Assembly: GCA_963724765.1 (NCBI GenBank) | Contig: CAVRVY010000001.1 | Coordinates: 800,001-864,000 of the forward strand | DNA: 64,000 nucleotides | Direction of reading: 5' to 3' | Source of the DNA: an uncultured delta proteobacterium | GTDB taxonomy: Bacteria; Desulfobacterota; Binatia; Binatales; Binataceae | Shown here: positions 37,953 through 46,026 of the stretch, one piece after another | Layout of the letters: the number at the start of each line of letters is the position of its first letter | Numbering within the stretch: position 1 is the first letter of the stretch | Made by a program: the position numbers and the translations under genes | Notes under the pieces: generated by a model | The model's input: only the letters and a program-made list of their open reading frames with translations | Databases searched by the model: none | Told to the model about the DNA's origin: nothing

Positions 37953-40900
37953 GTGATCCGCTCGTTAATGGAGGTCGCGCTCAAGGGCCGCGCCGTAATC
38001 ATCGGCCTGGCCATCGCGCTGCTGCTGTCCGGCATCTACGCCTTCTCCCAGATCGACATCGAGGCTTATCCCGACCCGGTCCAGCCGATGATCGAGCTGT
38101 TGACGCTGCCCAACGGGCTCAGCGCTGAGGAGGTCGAGCGGCTGGTGACGGTGCCGCTGGAGTACACGCTCAGCACGACGCGCAACCTGGAGGCGATGCG
38201 CTCGATTTCGCTGTTCGGCCTGTCTGACATCCGCTGCTATTTTTCGTGGGACAGCGACTACTACTGGGACAACGCCGAGACCATCAACCAGCTCCAGTTT
38301 GTCAGCCTTCCGGCGGGTATCACGGCGGGTATCTCGCCCGAAAATGCGATCGGCGAGATCTACCGCTACACGGTCGAAAGCCCCGAGCACGATCTGATCA
38401 ACGAGAAGACGGTCAACGACTGGATTGTCTCGCGCCAGCTCAGCACCGTGCCGGGCGTAATCGGCGACAGTACCTTCGGCGGACTGACCAAGCAGTACCA
38501 CGTCGACGTTGACCCGCAGAAACTGGACTACTACCACGTCCCGCTTTCCGCCCTGACCAGCGCGCTCGCCAACGCCAACATCAGCTCGGGCGGCAATTAC
38601 CTGGACGTTGGCGAGCAGGCCTTCGACGTGCGCGGCCTGGGCTTCATCGAAACGCTCGACGACATCCGCAACACCATGCTGTCGGCCAACAAGTCGACTC
38701 CAATCACCGTTGGCAACGTGGCCGAGGTCTCGGTCGGCTATGCGCCGCGCCTGGGCATCGTCGGGATGAACAATCGCGACGAGGTGAGCGAAGGCATCGT
38801 CCTGATGCGCAAATATGGCAACACGCTCAATACGCTGCGCGGCGTGGAGGCCAAGGTAAAACAGCTCAACACTTCGGGGATGCTGCCGCACGGCTACAAA
38901 ATCGTGCCGTACTACGATCGCACCTCGCTGGTCCAGACCACGCTGCACACGGTGCTGGAGAATCTGACCATCGGGATGGCGCTGGTGTTCCTGGTACTGA
39001 TTTTTTTTCTCGGCAATCTGAAAGCGGCGATAATCGCCGCGATCAATATTCCGCTAGCGCTATGCGGCGCGTTTATCCTGATGCGGGTGAGCGACACGCC
39101 GGCCAACCTGATTTCGCTCGGCGCCATCGACTTCGGCATCATCATCGACACCACCGTCATCGTGATGGAGAACATCAATCACCACCTCAGCCTCGCCGAG
39201 TTTCCGCAGGAATCCGCGGTCGGCAAAATCCTGCGCGCGGCGCAGGAGGTCGGCGGTCCGATGTTCTTTTCGACCCTGATCTTCGTGATTGCGTTTCTAC
39301 CGCTGTTCACGATGCGCGGGGTCGAGGGCGCGATTTTCTCGCCGATGTCGCATACCTATGCGTACGCGCTGGGCAGCGCCATCCTGCTTGCGGTAACGCT
39401 CACGCCGGTATTGGGCTCGTTCGCTTTCGCGCGCGGCCTGCACGACGTCAACAATCCCGTGTGGAATGCGATCACGCGTTTTTACCACGCGATGTTCGTG
39501 GGCGTGCTGCGATGGCCGCGGCTGACGCTGGTCCTGCTGCTGGTGCTGGCCGCGCTGGCGGCCTCGACCTATCCGCGCCTGGGCGGCGAGTTCCTGCCCA
39601 AGCTCGAGGAGGGCAACATCTGGGCTCGCGCTACGATGCCGTTGACGATCTCGCTCAAGCGCGGGGCTACGCTCACCACGCGGATGCGTCACGTTTTCAT
39701 GTCGTATCCCGAAGTGACGACCGTAGTCTCGCAGCTTGGGCGGCCCGACGACGGTACCGAGACCACCGGCTTCTTCAATATCGAGTTCTCGGTCGACCTC
39801 AAGCCGAAGTCGGAGTGGCCTGCGGGGCTCGACAAGCCTGAACTCATCAAGCAGATGGACGAACGGCTGCAGCGCGAGTTCCCAGGCGTGAGTTTCGGCT
39901 ACTCGCAGAACATCCAGGACAACATCGACGAGGCGCTGTCGGGGGTCAAGGGTACTAACTCGGTCAAGGTGTTCGGCCGTGACCTTGCCGCGGACGAGCG
40001 TATCGCCAACCAATTGATCGAGGTGATGGGCAAGGTCCGCGGGATCGTCGACCTTGCCGTATATCGCTCGCTTGGTCAGCCCAATCTGGTGATCAAACCC
40101 GACCGCGCGGCCGCCGCGCGCTATGGGCTGAACGTCTCCGACGTCGCCGCGATTGTGCAGGCGGCGATCGGCGGCCAGGCCGTGACCCAGGTCTTCGAGG
40201 GTGACGAGCGCTTCGACCTGGTCGTGCGATGGAAGCCGCAGTACCGCCAGAGCCTCGACGCCATCCGGAGCATTCGAGTTGCGACGCCCACCGGCGCCGA
40301 GATTCCGCTCGCCCAGATCGCCCAGGTCCGCACCGACGAAGGCGCGTCATTCATCTACCGCGAAGGTCTGGAGCGCTACGTGCCGGTGCGCTTTGCCATC
40401 CGCGGACGCGACCTTCAAAGCACGGTCGAGAGCGCCAAGCGGCTTGTCGCGCGTGAGATAAAGCTTCCCGAAGGAGTTCACCTGGAGTGGGCAGGCGAGT
40501 ATGGAGAACTGCAGGAGGCCAATCGCCGCCTGATGATCGTGGTGCCGTTCGCGCTGGTGCTGATAGCCGGCGTGCTCTACGCCGCGACCACTTCTCTCAT
40601 CGACACCTTCATCATCATGGCGCAGATTCCGGTCGCCTGCATGGGTGGAATACTCGGGTTGTACCTGACCGGCACGCCATTCAGCGTCTCGGCCGCGGTC
40701 GGCTTCATCTCGATCTTCGGCATCGCTGTGATGGACGGAATCCTGCTGAGCTTCTACATCCGCCAGCTCTGGCAGGAGGGGCATCCGTTCCGCGAGGCGA
40801 TCGTCATGGGATCGGACCGGCGGCTGCGCGCCACTATGATGACCGACATGGTCGACGCGTTCGGATTGCTGCCGGCGGCGCTCTCGACCCGGATCGGCGC

Positions 40901-41054
40901 GCAGACCCAGCGCCCGTTGGCGATCGTGGTGATCGGAGGCGCGCTCGCGATCCTGCTCCTGACCCGCATCCTTCAGCCGGTGCTCATCTATCTATGCCAT
41001 CGCCGGCTGCGCCTCGAAGACGCGCCGCCATCGCCAATCGAGCGGCGCGCTTAG
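37953..41054 (+). CDS. CzcA/CusA-family heavy-metal efflux RND permease
   Basis: 1033 aa; IEAYPD, AEEVERLVT, GAIDFGIIID...MEN, EFLPKLEEG, QRPLAIVVIGG. Confidence 0.93.
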   Translation: MIRSLMEVALKGRAVIIGLAIALLLSGIYAFSQIDIEAYPDPVQPMIELLTLPNGLSAEEVERLVTVPLEYTLSTTRNLEAMRSISLFGLSDIRCYFSWDSDYYWDNAETINQLQFVSLPAGITAGISPENAIGEIYRYTVESPEHDLINEKTVNDWIVSRQLSTVPGVIGDSTFGGLTKQYHVDVDPQKLDYYHVPLSALTSALANANISSGGNYLDVGEQAFDVRGLGFIETLDDIRNTMLSANKSTPITVGNVAEVSVGYAPRLGIVGMNNRDEVSEGIVLMRKYGNTLNTLRGVEAKVKQLNTSGMLPHGYKIVPYYDRTSLVQTTLHTVLENLTIGMALVFLVLIFFLGNLKAAIIAAINIPLALCGAFILMRVSDTPANLISLGAIDFGIIIDTTVIVMENINHHLSLAEFPQESAVGKILRAAQEVGGPMFFSTLIFVIAFLPLFTMRGVEGAIFSPMSHTYAYALGSAILLAVTLTPVLGSFAFARGLHDVNNPVWNAITRFYHAMFVGVLRWPRLTLVLLLVLAALAASTYPRLGGEFLPKLEEGNIWARATMPLTISLKRGATLTTRMRHVFMSYPEVTTVVSQLGRPDDGTETTGFFNIEFSVDLKPKSEWPAGLDKPELIKQMDERLQREFPGVSFGYSQNIQDNIDEALSGVKGTNSVKVFGRDLAADERIANQLIEVMGKVRGIVDLAVYRSLGQPNLVIKPDRAAAARYGLNVSDVAAIVQAAIGGQAVTQVFEGDERFDLVVRWKPQYRQSLDAIRSIRVATPTGAEIPLAQIAQVRTDEGASFIYREGLERYVPVRFAIRGRDLQSTVESAKRLVAREIKLPEGVHLEWAGEYGELQEANRRLMIVVPFALVLIAGVLYAATTSLIDTFIIMAQIPVACMGGILGLYLTGTPFSVSAAVGFISIFGIAVMDGILLSFYIRQLWQEGHPFREAIVMGSDRRLRATMMTDMVDAFGLLPAALSTRIGAQTQRPLAIVVIGGALAILLLTRILQPVLIYLCHRRLRLEDAPPSPIERRA

Positions 41055-41126
41055 CGCGGCGCGCGTCCGCGCGGTTCTCGCGGCCCGGCCCCGCTCCGTG
41101 CTAAACGGGCATTGGAGGATCCCGCG

Positions 41127-41972
41127 ATGCAGCTTGAAACCCTGGCCCACGGCTACGGCCTCATCGAGGGGCCGCGCGTCGACGAACGCAACCGGCTCTA
41201 CTTCAGCGACGTGCTCAATGGCGGCGTCTACCGGCGGAGCCCCGACGGTGGCATCGAGACTCTCATCCCGCGCCGCCGCGGCGTCGGCGGAATCGCGTTC
41301 AACGCGGCGGGCGGAATCGTATGCAGCGGCCGCAGCCTGATCGGTTGGGACGAGGCGACCAGGCAAAGCCGCGACCTGTTCACCGAATGGGAAGGCCGCG
41401 CGACGCGCGGACTCAACGATCTTACCGTCGACGCGCAGGGTAGCGTCTTCGTCGGATCGCTCGAGTTCGACGCGCTCAGCGCAGACAAGCCTATCCCCGG
41501 CGACGTCTTTCGCGTCGACCCTCCCAACAGCGTCACCAAGCTGTGGGAGGGGATCGAAGTAACCAACGGAATGGGCTTCAGCCCGGACGCCACGCTGCTG
41601 TATCATTGTGATTCGACCACCAAGGCGGTGTGGGCATATGACGTTACCGGCGACCGCCGGCTCAAAGACCGCCGCGTCTTCGCCACGGTGCCCGAGGGAT
41701 GGCCGGACGGGATGGCGGTCGATGTCGAGGGTGGTGTGTGGGTCGCGGTCGTGCGCTACGGCGAAATCGTGCGCTTCAAGGCCAACGGCACGCTGGAGCG
41801 CAGGATCAAGATGCCGGCGCTGATGGTCACGAGCCTCTGCTTTGGCGGCGCCGACCTGATGGACCTGTACGTGGTCACCGCCGACAACACCGAGGACTCA
41901 AGCCGCAAGGGGACGATATTCAGAATGCGCGCGGACGTCCCAGGATTGGCAGTGCCGAAGGCACGCTTCTAA
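41127..41972 (+). CDS. SMP-30/gluconolactonase/LRE family protein
   Basis: EGP, LNDL.VD, NGMGFSPD, PDGMAVD.EG, TSLCFGG.D; ATG after GGAGG. Confidence 0.93.
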   Translation: MQLETLAHGYGLIEGPRVDERNRLYFSDVLNGGVYRRSPDGGIETLIPRRRGVGGIAFNAAGGIVCSGRSLIGWDEATRQSRDLFTEWEGRATRGLNDLTVDAQGSVFVGSLEFDALSADKPIPGDVFRVDPPNSVTKLWEGIEVTNGMGFSPDATLLYHCDSTTKAVWAYDVTGDRRLKDRRVFATVPEGWPDGMAVDVEGGVWVAVVRYGEIVRFKANGTLERRIKMPALMVTSLCFGGADLMDLYVVTADNTEDSSRKGTIFRMRADVPGLAVPKARF

Positions 41973-42114
41973 ACGAGATTGGCAGTGCCGAAGACACGCT
42001 TCTAAAACGGACTGGCAGTGCCGAAGGCACGGTTCTAAAAAAGACTGGCAGTGCCGAAGGCTCGCTTCTAAACGAGAGTGGCAGTGCCGAAGGCACGGTT
42101 TAGAGAGTTGGCAG
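41944..42114 (+). repeat. 33-bp tandem direct repeat array (5 copies plus a partial) duplicating the gluconolactonase 3' end
   Basis: TGGCAGTGCCGAAG starts at 41947, 41980, 42013, 42046, 42079; partial TGGCAG at 42109; internal GTGCC-GAA-GGCAC hairpin. Confidence 0.95.
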
Positions 42115-42141
42115 CGGAAAAACTCATACAAGGAGACGCGG

Positions 42142-42609
42142 ATGGCCTTACAGGTGGGACAGCAGGCGCCCGACTTCACGATGAAGTCGAACAAGATGAA
42201 GGACGTGAAACTCTCGGAGTTGCGCGGCGACAAGGTGCTTTTGTTGTTCGTGCCACTGGCGTTCACCGGCACCTGAACCAAGGAATTCTGCAGCGTGCGT
42301 GACACGCTGGGAGAGTTCGAACAGCTCGGATGCAAGGTGTTCGGAATTTCCACTGACAGCCCGTTCGCGCTCGACTCGTGGGCGCGCGAGCAGAATTACC
42401 AGTTCCCGCTGCTCAGCGATTACAACAAAGAAGTGTCGCCAGCCTACGATTCGATGTACGCCGAGCTGCTGGGCTTCAAGGGCGTGTGCAAGCGTTCGGC
42501 TTACGTGATCGACGGCCAGGGCAAAATCCGCTACCGCGAAGTGCTCGAAGACGCGCGCCAGGTCCCGGACCTCGAAGCGATCAAGAAGTGTCTCAAGGAA
42601 ATCTCGTAG
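42142..42609 (+). CDS. Selenocysteine-containing peroxiredoxin (AhpE/BCP-like, AhpC/TSA family)
   Basis: AGGAG SD, MALQVGQQAPDF...FVPLAFTGT-TGA-TKEFC...GISTDSPF...FPLLSD...RSAYVID; TGA 42274-42276 occupies the PxxxTxxC peroxidatic site; frame continues to TAG 42609 (155 aa). Confidence 0.9.
42283..42318 (+). promoter_or_regulatory. Putative bacterial SECIS element
   Basis: GAAUUCU-G-CAGCGUG-(CGUGA)-CACGCUG-GG-AGAGUUC two-stem hairpin; apical loop begins 21 nt after the UGA and has GU at loop positions 2-3. Confidence 0.75.
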
Positions 42610-42680
42610 CTTGTGCGAGCCGTCGGCGCGGATTCCGATCTGCACCGACGTTCGCCGTAAACCGGAGTGGCGCTTAGCGA

Positions 42681-43886
42681 ATGCCTAATACCCTCGATGG
42701 AATAGTCGCGGTCGACCTCACGCAGAACGTGGCCGGCCCATATTGCACCCAGCTCCTCGGCGACTTCGGCGCCACGGTGATCAAGATCGAACGCCCCGGA
42801 AGCGGCGACGATTCGCGCGGCTACGCTCCCGCATGGCATGGCGGCGGGGCCGAACCAGGCGACTCGACCGCGTTTTTAGCGTACAACCGCAATAAGAAGA
42901 GCGTGTGCGTCGATCTCGACCATCCGGCTGGAGCGGAGATCGTGCGCCGGCTCACCGCCAACGCGGACATCTTCGTGCATTCGCTCAAGCCCGGCAGCGC
43001 CGAGGCGCGCGGGCTGGGCTACGACGATCTGAAGGCGCACAACCCGAGGCTCATCTATGCCGCAATCAGCGGCTTTGGCGAGAGCGGTCCGATGCGCCTT
43101 CTGCCCGGCTACGATCCGCTCGGCCAGGCGCACTCGGGCGTGATCAGCGTGACCGGCCATCCCGGCGCGCCGCCGGCGCGAGTGGTTGTTCCTATTATCG
43201 ATATGGGCTCGGGGCTGTGGCTGTTCTCCGGAGTGCTCGCGGCGATCATCGAGCGCGGCAAGACCGGGCTCGGGGCGAAGGTCGGCGTGAGCCTGCTCGA
43301 AACCGGCGTCGCGTGGACCACGCTGCACATGAGCAACTACATGGCGACCGGCGAGGTGCCCGAGCGCACCGGCTCGGCGTCGCCCGCGGCGGCGCCTTAC
43401 GAGGCGTTCGAGACCGCGGAGGGATGGATCATGATCGCGGCTGGCAACGATCGTTTGTTCGGCCGGCTGTGCGAGCTGCTGGGTATTTCCGAGATCGCCG
43501 CGGACGATCGCTTCGGAAGCAACGCGGCGCGCGTGCCGCGGCGCGCCGAACTGCACGCAATTATCGAGGAGCGCACGCGGCGGCGTCCAACCGAACACTG
43601 GGTCGCGGCGCTGCGCGAGGTGGGCGTGCCGTGCAGCCCGATCAACCGGCTCGACCAGGTGCACGACGATCCGCAGGTCAATGCGACCGGCATGATCAAA
43701 CGAATCGAAGGCTTTCGCGTGCCGAATTTCGAGATCGTTGACGTCGCGGTCAACGTCAACGGCGAGAAGGCGGTGCTGCGCTCGATGGCGCCGCGGTTGG
43801 GCGAGCATACTGGCGAGGTGCTGCGCGCCGCCGGCTATACTGAGCGCGAAATCGCCGCGCTGCGCGCGGCCAAAACGATCGGTTAG
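42681..43886 (+). CDS. Family III CoA-transferase (CaiB/BaiF)
   Basis: DLTQNVAGPYC..LLGDFGA.VIKIE, NRNKKS, GYD, APRLGEH. Confidence 0.95.
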   Translation: MPNTLDGIVAVDLTQNVAGPYCTQLLGDFGATVIKIERPGSGDDSRGYAPAWHGGGAEPGDSTAFLAYNRNKKSVCVDLDHPAGAEIVRRLTANADIFVHSLKPGSAEARGLGYDDLKAHNPRLIYAAISGFGESGPMRLLPGYDPLGQAHSGVISVTGHPGAPPARVVVPIIDMGSGLWLFSGVLAAIIERGKTGLGAKVGVSLLETGVAWTTLHMSNYMATGEVPERTGSASPAAAPYEAFETAEGWIMIAAGNDRLFGRLCELLGISEIAADDRFGSNAARVPRRAELHAIIEERTRRRPTEHWVAALREVGVPCSPINRLDQVHDDPQVNATGMIKRIEGFRVPNFEIVDVAVNVNGEKAVLRSMAPRLGEHTGEVLRAAGYTEREIAALRAAKTIG

Positions 43887-44770
43887 CGAGAAGCGCCGGC
43901 GCCGAGATCGCCGGCGGCGAGCGCCGCGCTGGCCACGATAGTCAGCACGAACGCGCCCGCGCGCATCGCCGCTGCAAACGGGTCGTCCGGAAGCCGCTCG
44001 CCGAAGACGGCAATTCCGCCCGCGATCGGAATTACGTTGGAGATCGTGGAGGAGAGCGGCATCGCGATGATCCCGCGCCCCATCGCGAACGAGTTCTGCA
44101 GCATCACCAGCCCCGCCACGTTGGTTATGATCGTCAGATAGGTATAAGGGCTCACAAGCAGTACCACCAAGAGCGCGGCAAGGTCCGGGGTGCCGGCCAG
44201 GCGGTCGGCGAGCGGTTTGGTGTAGAGGCTGGCGAACCCCAGCGCGATCCCCGATGCGATCGCGGTGGCCGCGCCGTTTTGCCGCAGCCCTTGCGGGACC
44301 AACAGCGCCAGCGTGATCGCAACGGCAGCCACTGAGGTTATAGCGAGCGCGCCGACGTCGACCGGGCTTTGAAGCGCGCCCGCGTTGAGCGAACCGGCGA
44401 GCATAAGCGCAGCCACCAGGAACGTGGCAATCCCGAGCCATTCCCAGATCCGCGCGCGCTCGCCGAGGAAGATTACCGCGAGCACCACGAACAGCGCGAT
44501 CCCGCCCTGCATCGCCACCGCCATCATCGAAACCGGTGCGCTCGCGAGCGCGACCATGTACAAGGCATAGCCGGCAGCCTGCACCGCGAGTCCGCCGATC
44601 CATATCGGGTCGCGAATCCACGCGATCACCGCGCCGAGTGTGCCGCGCCCACGCGCCATCGGCAGCACGTCCGCGCGGACTTTCATCATCATCAATCCCA
44701 CCGCGAGCAGCAGGCTGGCGACGAGCCCGAGCGCGAGGCTCTGCACGAGCACGCCGCGCGCGCTAACCAT
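43883..44770 (-). CDS. DMT superfamily membrane transporter
   Basis: About 9-10 hydrophobic segments, duplicated LGER/FGER motifs, ALASAPVS; overlaps hpnI stop. Confidence 0.75.
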   Translation of the reverse strand: MVSARGVLVQSLALGLVASLLLAVGLMMMKVRADVLPMARGRGTLGAVIAWIRDPIWIGGLAVQAAGYALYMVALASAPVSMMAVAMQGGIALFVVLAVIFLGERARIWEWLGIATFLVAALMLAGSLNAGALQSPVDVGALAITSVAAVAITLALLVPQGLRQNGAATAIASGIALGFASLYTKPLADRLAGTPDLAALLVVLLVSPYTYLTIITNVAGLVMLQNSFAMGRGIIAMPLSSTISNVIPIAGGIAVFGERLPDDPFAAAMRAGAFVLTIVASAALAAGDLGAGASR

Positions 44771-45923
44771 CGGTGATTTCACGCATCACGCCGTCACGCG
44801 AGATGGTGAAACGCCGCCCGCCCCACGCCACTTCATTGCCGACCAGGCTCGCGGCCCAGATCGCCGCCATCATCAGGTCCTTCAATGGCACCAGCCATAC
44901 GTCGCGCATCAACTCTGGCAGCTTGAGCGTGCGGGCGAGGATCAGCGCCGAGGTCGCCAGGCGCGCGGCGATCACGGCAGCGCAAACGGCGATCGCGGCG
45001 GGGCGACGGGTCACGGCCAGCATCAAGAGCGCCCACAAAGGTCCGTTGATCAGGATGGTGAGCAGGCTCAGCGGGCGCATCGTGCGGTAAGTTCGGGCCC
45101 AGCGCAGCTTGCGCTGCCAGAATTCGCCGAAGGTGCGCTCCTCGCAGGCCGAGGTGACGAGCGAGCGCGAGAGCCTGATCTCCCATCCGCTTTCGGCCAC
45201 CGCACGGCCCAGCTCGAAGTCGTCGGCGAGCTTGTCGCCGAGCGGGCGCATGCCGCCAGCGGCTTCCAGAGCCGTACGGCGCACCGCGATGGTCGCGCCG
45301 AAGGCATAGCGCAGAGGCTCGATCCCTACCGCCAGCATGACCATCGGCGCGAAGTCGGTGTTGATGAAGAGCGCGGCCAGACGCGAAGCGAACGTGCCGG
45401 TCGGCCGCGCGCGGTAGGCGCAGGTCACCATCCCTACGCGCTCGTCGGCGAAGAGTTCGCCGATGAGATGGTCCAGATGGCCACGTTCGACGGAGATATC
45501 GGCATCGCTGAGCACGAAGGCGTCGGCGCGCTCGGCCCGCTCGGCCATGCGGATGACCTTGGCGATCTTGCGGTTGGCGACGCCGGCTTCATCGCCGACG
45601 ATGAGCGTGATGCTGGCGTAAGGGTACTGTGAGCGGAGCGCGACCGGCGCCTCGGCGGCGCGATCCTCGTAGCCGGGGACGGCGAAGAAGAAGTCGGCGC
45701 GCGGATAGCCACTTTCGAGGTAACTGGTGAGGTTGGCGAGCAGGCTCGAAGTGAGCCCGGACAGTGGCTTCAGCACGGCGATGCGCGGCGGCGGCTTGGG
45801 GAGCGGGGGGGCTGGATCGGAGGCGTGCGCGGCAAAGCGCATCGCGGTCAGCAGCGAGGCTGCGTAGTAAACCAACGAACACACGACGCCGAGCGTCGCG
45901 AGCGACAGCAACACGGTAGTCAC
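44763..45923 (-). CDS. hpnI: Hopanoid glycosyltransferase HpnI-like (ceramide glucosyltransferase-type GT2)
   Basis: LKPLSG, GVANRK, SDAD, GATIA, LADDFELG, RKLRWART; adjacent to hpnJ. Confidence 0.8.
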   Translation of the reverse strand: MTTVLLSLATLGVVCSLVYYAASLLTAMRFAAHASDPAPPLPKPPPRIAVLKPLSGLTSSLLANLTSYLESGYPRADFFFAVPGYEDRAAEAPVALRSQYPYASITLIVGDEAGVANRKIAKVIRMAERAERADAFVLSDADISVERGHLDHLIGELFADERVGMVTCAYRARPTGTFASRLAALFINTDFAPMVMLAVGIEPLRYAFGATIAVRRTALEAAGGMRPLGDKLADDFELGRAVAESGWEIRLSRSLVTSACEERTFGEFWQRKLRWARTYRTMRPLSLLTILINGPLWALLMLAVTRRPAAIAVCAAVIAARLATSALILARTLKLPELMRDVWLVPLKDLMMAAIWAASLVGNEVAWGGRRFTISRDGVMREITDG

Positions 45924-46026
45924 GAGACGATCGTGGCGGCCGGCGGACGTGGCGGGGCACCGCTGCGCGGGCGGGCGGGCGCGTAACGCTCTGAGGCGAT
46001 AATTACCGCGCGCACGTGCGGCGCGG

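Noticed and set aside
41947-42100. Repeated sigma54 promoters (TGGCA)
   Set aside because: Spacing is GG-N11-GC and there is no TTGC -12 element
41944-42114. CRISPR array
   Set aside because: Units abut with only about 6 variable nt and no unique spacers; unit equals the upstream gene's 3' end; no cas genes in the window
42078-42302. 74-aa ORF from repeat copy 5 overlapping the prx start (possible uORF)
   Set aside because: No clear SD, arises because copy 5 lost its TAA, no recognisable protein
42295-42609. Stand-alone 104-aa ORF, or nonsense pseudogene of a peroxiredoxin
   Set aside because: In frame with upstream SD/ATG; the single TGA is at the catalytic Cys and is followed by a SECIS-like hairpin, with no other decay
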